64,000 nt of DNA, taken from contig MU058257.1 in the NCBI GenBank assembly GCA_013265495.1, positions 1,044,020 through 1,108,019 on the forward strand, given 5' to 3'. The position numbers were made by a program, and so were the translations under genes. Under the pieces are notes generated by a model. That model was not told where the DNA came from and ran no database searches. It worked only from the letters and a program-made list of their open reading frames with translations. Source of the DNA: Vicugna vicugna. Lineage: Eukaryota. Of this stretch, positions 50,578 to 61,948 are shown one piece after another; the first letter of the stretch is position 1, and every line of letters starts with the position of its first letter.

Positions 50578-50740
50578 CATATAGAAATTATATACAAAAT
50601 TAATATAGAAATTATAGATGAATTATAAAATATAGAAATTATGGATGAAATTAATATAGAAATTATAGATGAATTATAAAATATAGAAATTATGGATGAA
50701 ATTAATATAGAAAATTAATATAATATAGAAATCAATATAT
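50578..50740. repeat. AT-rich minisatellite, 51-bp period
   Basis: attaatatagaaattatagatgaattataaaatatagaaattatggatgaa occurs exactly twice (50599-50649, 50650-50700), with partial copies on both sides. Confidence 0.92.
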
Positions 50741-51194
50741 TAAAAGATCATAGAATTTTTCTCATCAAAGTGGAGCACAAAGCCCTCTTCTGTCTTGTCC
50801 CTGATTTCTTGTCCTCTGTCCCCCATCATGAGGGACTTTGAGAAGGGCCTGTGTGGACATTTCGAAGCAGAGTTTGAAAATGTCAAATCTAGGTTATCTA
50901 CCCCTGCAGTCGTGTCCAGCGCTGAAGTCAACGTCATGATTCCTAGGTCAGCCTCTGCTTTGTTCTCACCGTGTTTCTCCCAGGTGGCTATTTCAAGAGA
51001 CTTGGAATCTGAATTTTCGTGCAGATTAGAATGACCGTTCCCTCACAACGTTAGCTGGTCTTTCACTGTCGTGTGAGGTGTGCTATTCCCTGAACTCCCC
51101 CAGCCCAACTGTGTCATCCACAGAGCCAAGCCCCGAACAAGACCCATTACATGTGTCTCAGTTTAGAGATGGCTGCTCCCTACAGCTGAAATGT

Positions 51195-51290
51195 CTGTAA
51201 AGTCTGTGCGGGAGGGGCCATGTCTATCTTCCTCACCTTTGTGGTCCCAATAGCACATAGTAGGTGTTCAAGAAATGTTCATTGAATGAA
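51195..51290 (+). mobile_element. LINE-2 3' terminus
   Basis: ggccatgtctatcttcctcacc...tagcacatagtaggtgttcaagaaatgttcattgaatgaa. Confidence 0.7.
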
Positions 51291-52784
51291 GAACATTAGA
51301 CAGTTTCTATTAATTTACCAAAAGTGTTGATTTTATCTGGCTTGTCTAATTTGTCCCACTTTATATTTCAGTATTTTCATCTGCAAAACAGTGCCTAGTC
51401 CACAGGATGATTGAGAGATTAATGCATCCGACACAAAACAGGCACTTAGTTGATCTTCGTCAGTAAGTGAAATGTTGCCTCTATCACATAAGCTCAGGGC
51501 CTGAATTTACTGAGTTAGTCATTTGCTTTATTATATCCATGAGATGGGGTGCTTTATTTTCTTTTCACCTGGACACAAGATCAACCAGAGAAGACTAATA
51601 AATCTACCTTTTACACAGCTCAAACATGTCATAAGGATTTCTCTTGGGATAATTTTATTTGTTGGGTTTTGAAGAGATTAGAAAACAAAGTATTTTACAG
51701 TGGAAATAGCCTTTTTGATTTAATTCACCAATAACTCAGAAGCAGCTGCAGGCAATCTTTTTCTTCTGTTCCAAAAAGAAAAAAAAAAAATTGGCCGCAG
51801 AAGAAGCAAGGAAAAATTTAACCCCAAAGGATAATGTTTTGGAAAGTTTCAATGGAGCAAAACTTGGGGTTACAACAGAAATTTCTTACGAAACCAACTG
51901 CAGCTTCCACAAGAGTGAACGGCGCAATGCACGTCGTGGTGTCCCACTTAACGCGCTCTGTAATCGCACCGGTCAGCGAACAGGGCACAAACAAAGGGAG
52001 CGGCTCCGCCTCATAAAATGAATAGCTGGTGAGAGAATGTTCACAAAGGGTACTTGTCAGCAAAAACATAGAAGTAGGGTCTCTATGTATTTCGTTCTTC
52101 GCTCGACTCCTTTACAAGGTATTCATTTAAAAGGAATGCGCTATTCTCTCGTGCAGTTTAGTTGTCAGATGGTACAATTATAGTTATTTTGCAGACTCAA
52201 TTTTCTTTTACATAATCACATAGACTTGCGTCTAATGCAACAGAAAATTGCCTGGGTGGGATCGCTTTCAGGTGTTGGTTTGGCTCTAGGGGTTTCGTGT
52301 TTGCTTTTTGGTCACAAAGTTTTAATTTTGCTCAAAGCTATCCCAGAGAAATCTCAGTCCCAGTCCCACTCAGGGGACGCACTCCAGGTAGCTGTTAAGA
52401 GAGTATTTGAATCTGATAAACCAGATAAACCCAATTACCCTCCCCCAAAAAAGGTGGATTTTTCAAAGCTCAGCCTTGGTTAGAATCAAGTTAGGGCAAC
52501 AGTATGACCGTCCAGAATTAGTGGAAAGAGTGAAGTGAGGGTTTTCAAGGATTCAAAGCATTTTAGGGCACAAACTGTTGATACCCCCTCATTGTGGGGT
52601 GATGGACCTTGCTGGTAAAATTTCTGAAATGAACATTCCGACCATTGCTGGGCAAGAGACTCCCCAGAGGGTAAAGTAATGCTCATTCTACCCTGCGACA
52701 AGCTTCTCGAAAATGGGCATGATGCTTGTCTCGTGGTCTGCGCCCTGCAGCCAAATACATGGCCTGCGCTCCAGAAAGAGTTGC

Positions 52785-52850
52785 TGGGGCTGGGGGACAG
52801 CTTGCTGGCAGTGCGCCGGGTTCAATCCCCAGCACCTCCACCAAAAAAAA
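52785..52850 (+). mobile_element. Internally deleted vic-1-type SINE
   Basis: gggggacagctt...gggttcaatccccagcacctccaccaaaaaaaa: B box and 3' end like the other SINE copies. Confidence 0.65.
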
Positions 52851-55281
52851 CAGAGGTGGAAGTGCCCGTTTTCCCACATTACCGTACGTGCTTGATATTA
52901 CCAGACTTTAAAAGTAAATTAAAATAGCTTATTTTTAAAGAACGAAATAGCTGTTGATCAGGACAGAATTCTCCTGGGTCCCCCCGACCTCTTTATTCCC
53001 AGACAGAGGGTGGAGCCTTGGCTCAGAAGATGCCGTGTTTCCAAGGACTTGGCGGAGCTGTATCTGCTTGACATTTAGACAATTTAGTCCAATCCAGTCT
53101 AAAATCGAATCAGTCCAGATGTCTTTAACTGGGGAGACAATGCCTACGGCTTTGGGAGACATGCCTTCAAGATTTGCTTTCTTTCCTTCCATCTGTGGAA
53201 AGAGTTGGGGTGGGGAGACCTTAAAATTACCATTGCAAGCAGGAGCTGGGGGGTTTCTGAAGCAGACCTCACGGTAGATCTTGAGAATTTCAGCAGGAGG
53301 CAGAGGACCGCCCGTTGGACTTCTCTGAGGACGATTTCATGCCATTGTGTATTGTCCCTGGAAGTCACACTCGGGCTGTGAGCTGGGTGGACCTGTTCCC
53401 TCATTACGATCCCAAACGTCCTGGAAGAAGAAAAGGGCCATTGTGTCGACACACCTTGGCGCTTTCTCATCTCTGCCCAGTCCCTCCTATTTATTTCTCA
53501 TGCTTTCTCTTTCTTTCCCTGAAGCCCTTTGGTATTTTTTCAGCTTTTAATAGCCTCCCTTCTGATGGTTTTCCAAACAAAGCATCCTTTGTGTCAACTG
53601 TCAAATGCTTATGTTCGGCTTTGCTTTTCGGACAAATATCTTGCAGAGGCTGTTAGAAATGTTTTCGTTCTCTTCATTATTTTAGCACAGCAATTAAGAC
53701 ACCCACCAGAACTCTTTTGTGCTCAATTGGAAGCAGACCCGTCCTCCTCAGCCTTTCCTGTAACTGAGTTACGGAAGCTTGATGTCATTTCAGTTTCCAT
53801 GCAGTACAACCCTTTAAGAGCAATTTCACTTCGTAGACCTGATCACCAGTCCGAGAGCCAATTCTCTGAGGTACCTGACATCGAATCGTACAAGACCATA
53901 ATTTCATTTTCCTTATCTGTATTATATCATTTCTTGCCACACAATAGCTCTTAACATTGTTTGTACTGTCTTTATTATATCTGTGAATGAAGTTACTAAA
54001 AATTATGCCATTTAAAATACTCGGAAGGACTCTAAAATCCTTTTGGTAAAATAATTTTAGCATGCCCACTGGTGTTCACTTACCTCTTCCAAACAATGCC
54101 GTTGCCCTGCCACCCAGAGCATCACAGTGATTCTTCATATTCTTCTTATTCATTACAGTCTCCTGATCAGTCTCGCTCCCTGCTCTCTGCATTTCCGCTG
54201 AATCTAAGAGGACCAGCAGCCAAGTTTTCCACGTCTCTTCTGCGCTCACCCTTGTCGTAGGCCTCCAAGTTGAGAGATCAGTCTCTCTTTTCTTCTAGGG
54301 AACCAATTTCCATTTTAATGGAAAAATAATAATTATTTTAATTGTACTATTCCTTTCATGGAAACAGCAATCAGTGACCCTGGGACCAGTCTGACCTTCT
54401 TGGCTGCATGTGGAAATAGCAGTCTTATTATGACAAGGAAGAACTGAATCTGGGCTGTCATTTTTTAACTCAGACTAAGAGGCAGGAAAATGTTCTACAA
54501 ATGGTTGTCGCAGAATTGAAGAAGATTATACCACCTTGCACTAGTTTCCAGGAAACCAAGGTGCACATCTTTTCCTCAGGCTGGCTCTTTACCTTTTGCT
54601 AAGAGCCCTTGAGCCCCTGGGAAGAGGAAGGGGCAGGACCCCATGACTACGAGTGGACGGCCTCTGTTAGCAGCCGTGGTATCAGCATCCCGGGAGCCAA
54701 TGAAGTGACCCAATGAGCTAACGGCAGATTATCTAGTGAATTCTGCCATTGCTATGAGGGTTTCACGCATTCAACTCAGGCGATACGTTGTGATCTGGGC
54801 TTGTGAGGGATGAGCTATGCCAAGTCTTCAAACTAATTTTTTAGTAGCAGAATTAATATCTAATAGGGTGTTTAGTGCCTTGCAAATCAAAGCACAGCAC
54901 TGTGTCTCTATCTGGGATCCAGTGAAAAATTCTGCCCCTTTCTGCCAATATGCAAATTAACTTTCTTATTTCTGGAACAGATCTGCTTCATATAGTCTTA
55001 AGACTTGTTTCCTAACAAAAAGGAATACTCTCTCTGGGATTTCCAGGGAAGTAGTAATATTATGACTGGGTGGAAGCCTTTCTGTGATATAAGAAGAGGT
55101 TTCTCACCACTTTTTGAAATGCAAAGCCAAGAGCTGGCTCTCTGAATATCACCAACTCCAAGTTGACAAGACAAAGCCGAGTTTATTGCTTTGGAGGGAG
55201 AACACCGCTTCCACAGAGTTTTGATAACAACTTGGAGTGGGAGGACAAGATTGGATTTCATTGAGACTTTTCAGTTTAGTT

Positions 55282-55660
55282 TGTCTGGGAGGAAACACTT
55301 TTCTTCTACACTCTTATGTTTGGTTCTGCAGGTCTGCAAATTAAACTGGCAAAGATAGATTAGCAAGAGAAAAGGAAGATTTTTATTCACTTAAGAGTGT
55401 GGGAGTTTACAGAAAAATTGTGACTCAAAATGCAGTTAGGATTTGGAGCTTATATACCACCTAAATAGGGGAAGAGGAGGGGAAGAAAGGACACCGATCT
55501 GTTAAGGTGATTTCTTATACCAGTACCAATTTCTCATGTTGAGTGATAGGAGTCAGTCTCCTCTGGTTGCAAAACTCCCAAAGAGGGAATTTATGATGGT
55601 TGAATCCTTTGAGGAGGCTCTGATTTTTGACAGGTAAGGAGATATCAGGAAAAAAATATC
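55282..55660 (-). mobile_element. ERV1-like LTR (one end unclear)
   Basis: Starts TGTC; minus-strand AATAAA (~55380) and TATATAAG (~55450) in LTR order. Confidence 0.65.
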
Positions 55661-56807
55661 TTTGTGAGGAGCGGTATATTCTAAATCCTTTTGGGTCTAA
55701 GGTTTAAAGTAGGTCTTTCTATGAAGGAGCAGAGGAGAGGAATGCTTGACTAGGACTGAGTAAAGACCATGATGTAATGCTTTAGGATTGGTGGGAAAGA
55801 CAAGGACAGGAATTTTAGGCAAAGGAATCAAACTTTGTATGAAAATTATTTTCTACAGAAGACCTGATAGTTCCCATAAATTGTTCCTATGGTGAACAGT
55901 TAAGTTATTTGCTGGAGAATGAGTGTTCCAGAATAGTAAGGTCATGGTGATGAATATGATGGAACATTAAACTCAAGTTCATGTGGACCATGACGGGGGA
56001 GGTGGTTTCTGTTCTCACCTCTCAGCACACTCGACTCCTGCTATTTTTTGGCTTACACACTGGCTACCATATCCTTTCTATCCATCTACCTTTGGCAAGA
56101 ATCTTTCAATCAGTATTCATTGCTTTTGATGATAATTTCATTTAGATTTGACAAGGTTGACTTCTCATCCCTTTATTCTAATTTAGAGCTGTTCTGACGT
56201 CCTGATTACGTGAGCTACCTCTTACATTTATGGAGATCCAACACGGGAAATAAAACACGAAATATAGAAACACTGTGACGGGCACCAGCCATCCCTCGCT
56301 GATATCAGGGCTCTGCCAGTTTTATTTATATCTCCCAGGCCTGTCACGTGGGAGGGACCCCAGAATGATTTTAATAATTTCCACTTCATAGACTTTTGAA
56401 GCCCAAGAGATTTGCCCTTTCCAGTTTATGAAACTTCTAGCCATATCAACATTCCATCAGAAGAACCCTAATGAGGTCCAGTCCTTTCGAAAGAGTAAAG
56501 AAGAATGAGCCGGACACGGCTGACTGGCACGACCCAAGGCAACTTCTAGAAGAAGGAAGGCAGATCCTGGCAATCTAAATGCACCTTCCCTCTCCTTTAA
56601 CTTCTCCTGGCCCCTAACTTGATCTGATTCAGCCATTGTCTCCTCCATCCACAGAGCCAGGTTTAGGTCTTTCTGCACTTCTCAGTTTGATTTTACCTCC
56701 TTCTAAAGCAAAATTAACTTGTTCCCAGCTTCTGTTATCATGAACTTTCTCTAATCCTAGAGAAATGAGTGAGTGAATAGGTTATTCCTCCAAGAGGGCA
56801 CATTCCT

Positions 56808-57190
56808 GTTGTACTGAAGGAGCCCCATCCTCCCACATGAATCTCTCCTTGATGCTTACATCTCCACACTCACACCACTCCTGACACTCCATGGGGGGTG
56901 GTGTTTGCTCCACACTGAACAACACAGTGACACCAGCTGCATGTCCTACAACTGAACTTAATTCTGACACTATCTGCCTGGAGGTAGCGCCAGAACCCAC
57001 AGGTTAAAGGCTTGGTCCCACTTAAGATGCCAACCGCAAGTCACCTGCAACTTCTGTCTGATTTGGGTACAAATCAGAGTTTCCCACAACCCCCTCCTGT
57101 GGGTCTGCTAACTTACCGGGGTAGCTCACAGAACTCAGGGAGACATAAAGGTACACTTACCAGTTCATTCAAGGACAGAGTGAAGGGTGT
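56808..57190 (-). mobile_element. MER21-like LTR fragment
   Basis: gacaccagctgcatgtcctacaactgaacttaattctgacactatctgcctggaggtagcgccagaacccacaggttaa...ttcccacaaccccctcc...gctcacagaactcagggaga matches MER21 as I recall it. Confidence 0.8.
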
Positions 57191-57204
57191 GGGATATCTT
57201 ATAG

Positions 57205-57362
57205 GGGCAGAGAAGACATGGTGGTCACCAGTGGGGAGAAGGATGGGGAGTGGGGAAAGCAGGGGTAGGGGATTTTCCTACATGAAAAATAAACAAGCCA
57301 CAAGGATATATTATGCAGCACAGGGAATAAAGCCAATGTTTTATAATAACTAAAAATAAATT
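57205..57362 (+). mobile_element. LINE-1 3' UTR fragment
   Basis: atggtggtcaccagtggggagaaggatgggg...aaataaacaagccacaaggatatattatgcagcacagggaataaagccaatgttttataataact. Confidence 0.82.
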
Positions 57363-57789
57363 AAAGTAAGTCAATGTGTCTCAAGTAGTATGACCTGTAA
57401 GTAGGTAGGGACGAGGTCTCTGAGCTCAGGAGAGGCTTATCAGAATTCTGTGTAGGATGGGGAATTATGTGTGATTTCGAAAAAAACATAAACTAGCTTT
57501 TTTATATTTGGGAGAAATGATTAACATCATCTGTAGAAAGCAAAAGTTGACAAAATCTTCCCTGGGGTGATAAACTGGTGATTCTCAGGCAGGTGGGATG
57601 TACTTCTTCAGGGAACATAGTGGAATTCTTAGGAACAATGATTGGGGGGAAAAAAGCAAAATGGAGCACAAGTTACAAAAGGAACACTCTGTAAACTACT
57701 GAAAGTAGATGAACCTCTAGAATGACTAGAGGTCAGATGTGCAAACGTGCTGAGATGCTATCAGAACACAGAAATAAAAGCAGACCTGC

Positions 57790-57960
57790 AATCAGACAGA
57801 CCCTTGGCTCTGCCATCCTTTAGCTGTGTGGTCTTAGACAAATTACTTAACCTCTCTGAGCCTCTGTTTTATCGCCATAAACTGGCGATACTTATCACTA
57901 CTTACTCCTCGTTATTATCTCAAAGGAAAAATGCTATGAAAAAAATAATGCCCGTAAAAA
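57790..57960 (+). mobile_element. MIR SINE
   Basis: ggctctgccatcctttagctgtgtggtcttagacaaattacttaacctctctgagcctctgtttt is the MIR core. Confidence 0.82.
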
Positions 57961-58007
57961 GCAAGTCCCAGGAAGCACTCACTGGATGGTGGGTGTGCAA
58001 ACAGCTC

Positions 58008-58561
58008 TTTGCAGGAAACTGCCCTCAGCAGGAAACTCCTTGGTTTTGTCGCTTTAGCAAAGCCCCACTACAACGGACTATTAAATCAGGTGACCCCGCG
58101 CTGCACTCACCTCTGGTCCAAGCACATTTTTCATACCTTTTGATCACACACTACCCTGCCTGACCTGTTGGTTCTTTCCTAGATCAGAGAAGTAGGAATG
58201 AAGAACAAGTAGCAGATGACCAGACCCCTCCCCCAGCGTCCCCCTCAGTGATCTTGGGAACAAACTGTGTGAATGAGACAGCATCTAAGAGAGATCACAA
58301 GGGGGACAAGCCCACACGCGGTGGGGACAGTGATGACTCTGACCCTCTATCTGATCCATTCTCTGAGACCACTTCCCCTTTTCCCTTTAAAACTTTCATG
58401 GCCAAGCAGAATCTTCAGAGATGGTTTTTGGTGACACGAGACCGCCATGTCCCCAGATCGCCAGCTTTTTGGATTAAAAACAACTTTCTCTTCTACCAAC
58501 CTTTGCCTCTCCCGAGGATTGATTTTCGAGCAGTGAACCGCCGGACCCGAGCTCAGTGACA
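58008..58561 (+). mobile_element. Solo LTR, ERV1 class (5' boundary uncertain)
   Basis: ccctttaaaa TATA-like (~58383), ATTAAA (~58473), ends cagtgaca; U5 organisation similar to the 46523-47023 LTR. Confidence 0.75.
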
Positions 58562-59646
58562 GCTGTTATCATTATAACCGTCCTGAACATCTTAAACCAT
58601 CTTTTGATTCCATAATTGTTCCCTAAACTCTCCCTTTTCTTAAAGAAATCAGAGATCCTGAAACTGTGCGTGTTTATTTGAGTGTGAAATGCAAGTGACA
58701 TTTGCCCATATCCACTGCGAGAGTCAAGTCACCAGAGACTCAACCTACCGCCAAACCGGCCACAAGTGACACATAAGAATGTGCCTTCAGGAAGCCCTCC
58801 TGGGCTTTGGCGGCAAGAGGGCCAGTTTCCCCGGGGAGAGAAATTGCTGGGAGCCCTGGAGCACATCAAAGTCACTGGGCAGAAGAACCAGTAGGTATGG
58901 CTACCCTCCCCCCAAAGGCTGCCACGTGCTTGCAGGACAGAGCTCTGGATTGTTTTCCAAATCCAGGGAAAAAAGTGAGAGATACCAAGCCAGCTGAGGC
59001 TCTGTCTCTTGACTCTCAACGCCCACCCGTATTCAAAGACAGCCAAAAATCTGGGTGTCCTGGCGCTGTATAGATTATAAAATCCTCGTTTTTAAATTGA
59101 ATATTTCCCGTTTTAATCTGGACGTCTGACAGCATGTATTTACGCACTCAGGCACGCCCTGCCTACTTCCCCTGAAGGTTCCAGAGGCAACATCACAAAG
59201 ACAGCCTGAGGTTATAATTTGCTCTTAAAAACCCTCCAACACGAAAACAGTGTTTGAAGAGGAGGAGTTGTGGGCCTCTGTAAACATAACACCATTAATT
59301 CAAGGCGTAAACTAAAACAATAAACAACCCATTAGGCATCAGATCTAATCCACGAATGTACCTGAAAGTGCCACGGGGACACAACAGTTCCACCCAGATG
59401 GGAACTGCCCTCCTTACTGACACACCAGCCCATCAGCCCAGTCACGCAGTTCCGCGTGGCTGATATGACCCGGCTGCAGAAGCACGCTTCCTGCGACAGT
59501 GGAGAGTCCCCCTGGCTCTGCGCAACTTTGAACCAGAACAAAATTCAGTTGGACCTTAAGTGAGGAGACAACGAACCATCAGTCACATGCTCCAGCCATA
59601 GAAGGAGAATCACCAAGCAATAAATCCCCGGTTTTAAGTCGCTTTA

Positions 59647-59761
59647 TTTTTATCTGGGGGAGGGGCAGGTAATTAGGGTTATATTTACTTATTTAATGGA
59701 GGTACCTGGGACCTCGTACATGCTGAACGCGCGCTCCCCCACTGAGCTGGACCCTCCCTGA
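59647..59761 (-). mobile_element. vic-1-type SINE with 12-bp target-site duplication
   Basis: Antisense SINE (ggacctcgtacatgctgaacgcgcgctcccccactgagctggaccctccc) flanked by taagtcgcttta at 59635-59646 and 59762-59773. Confidence 0.88.
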
Positions 59762-59959
59762 TAAGTCGCTTTACATACACACGGTAGAATGGCGCCCAGC
59801 GAGGCCCTGCCCTAGTTTGGGTTGGTACCTCTTCATCGCTACTGCTGTATTTTATTAAAAATAAATTAAAATAGGGAAGTGGGCCTGTTGGCAAATAGTA
59901 CAGCATTAAATTCCAGTCTGTCGTCTAAACAGCACTTTGCAAAGGAGGCATTTTCTCAG

Positions 59960-60830
59960 GCCAATAGGAGGAAACGCTCCACACAGCGGTCCCCTCGCTC
60001 CGTCGTCCAGCCGCCGCCCGCAGCAGGCACAGGCGGCCGCCGGGGCTGCCCCGCAGGCCCGCAAGGATGGGCTTGCTCAGCGCGCTGACCCTGCGTGGAC
60101 GGCAGTGCGGCCCGGGCCTCAGGCCGCAGGCAGGAGTCGGGAGACTCGCCCGGCATCGCCGCGCTCTGCCCCGGCATCCACACCCTGGGCCGATCTTGAA
60201 TTCTTACTCATGTCCCGTGACTTTCTACCCCCAGTTCCAGGAGAGGCCGTGAGGAGAGCTCACTGTCGGAGTTTATCATTTTCGTTATTTGTGAATAAAA
60301 CAAAACACTCAAACGGTGGCCTGCGGCTCCATCCAGGGCACACAGACCAAGGATGTGACCCATCCAGTCAGGCCCCAAGCGACTCCAGAGAATAATCCGA
60401 CTGCTGCGGTGCTGGCCCTGGGGACCTGAATGCCAGCTTCCCTGTCCCTCACGGCATGGATCTCCTGCTGCTCCCCAGGGAGGTGGGCCGCGGACCGAGA
60501 GGAAGGCAGCCCCAAGGCCTGTGCGCTTCACAGACAGCCCACCGCGGGCAGCCCTGCGCTTTGATGCGGTGACTGTACAGATTATGAGAAGTGTTTCATC
60601 AATCAAAGCTGAAATGGCGTCAAGATCGAGCCGTCTGGTTCCCAGCCTCCTCTCCGTCCCTCGCCAGCTCAGTCCTCAAGATGTGAGGAGCGGATGATGA
60701 CAGACGTAAGCCCCCCAGGTGCTTGACTGTCACCCCCACCGGCGTGCGCTTCGGCGGCCCACCGTCGTCAGCAGACCGCCTTCCTAATAATCCCACAGAC
60801 GGCCCCCGTGCCGACCCGCCTCCCCATCTT
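59960..60830. promoter_or_regulatory. CpG-island-like region, possible promoter or enhancer
   Basis: About 28 CpG in 59975-60192, counted by eye; a second CpG cluster at ~60690-60820; CCAAT at 59961. Confidence 0.55.
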
Positions 60831-61607
60831 TCTGCTGTCTCTCTGAATGCCTCTGTATTAACAGTCACTCATTCTGCAAAGCTCTGAGGATCTCCTAATG
60901 CTGGGCGGGGTGCTAGGGAGGGACGCTGGGCTGGCGTGCCAGGGAGGGAGGCTATGGAAATGAGAGACCACTGGGCCGGTCTTCAGAAGTCGCACCATCC
61001 AGCACAGAAAAGATGAGAAAAACGTCCACTGCAATCCAAGGAGGTGTGAACAGGTGCCTTGGGGCTGCAGTGACCCAGGGCCATTCCCGAGACAGCCAGT
61101 GTGGCCTCTCCCCAGCCCACCTCCAGGTCAAGCTGAGTCGCCCCCACCCACTCCTCCCTCCTCCATCCAGCATGCTGTTCCCAAAGCAGGGGTCCCATGC
61201 TTAGAGCATCCACACCCCCACCTGCCCTCTCGCCCCTGGCTCTGGGCTCAGCCCCCTCAGTGACAGGAGGGAGAGGCCACCAGACACAAACCCCTAAACT
61301 CCTTACGTCCTGCAAACACCTCTGTCACAGCACACACTTCTCCTGCCCCCACCCCAGAACTGTGGGCACCACTCTCTCTGCAGGGCACTGGTGCCATAAT
61401 GACGTAGTGACACTGCTTCCATTACCCCGGCCAAAAACTAGTCCTTCAAGATCCTGGCTTTCACGGCCTTCCATGGAATCAATTGCAGTGTTTGGTTAAA
61501 TTGATCTCTTTCAAGAGATTTCTCTTGAATACCTCTCAGAACTGCCCCTTCATCTCCAGATGAATAACACAAGCAATGAAGGTAGGGTCATGTGACTCCC
61601 CATTGCC

Positions 61608-61948
61608 TTTTTTTTTAAGTACAGTTGATTTACAGTGTTGTGTTAGTTTCAGGTGTGCAGCAAAGTGATTCAGTTATACATGTACATAGTCTTTTTCAGA
61701 TTCATTTCCATTATAGGTTATTACAAGCTACTGAATGTAATTCCCTGTGCTCTGCAGCAGATCCTTGTGGTTTATATACAGTAGTGTGTGTATATTAATC
61801 CCCAAATCCTAATTTATCTCCCCCACCCCTTTCCCCTTTGGTAACCATAGTTTGTTTTTTCTGTGAGTCTATTTCCAGTTTGTGAATAAGATCATTTGTA
61901 TCATTTTCTATTAGATTCCACACGGAAGTGATATCATGTGATATTTGA
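61608..61948 (-). mobile_element. 5'-truncated LINE-1 3' end
   Basis: Poly-T then agttgatttacagtgttgtgttagtttcaggtgtgcagcaaagtgattcagttata...ttagattccacacggaagtgatatcatgtgatatttg. Confidence 0.93.

Noticed and set aside
61510..61529. Inverted repeat ttcaagaga-tt-tctcttgaa containing the common shRNA loop sequence
   Set aside because: No 19-bp stem, Pol III promoter or vector context; a chance short palindrome
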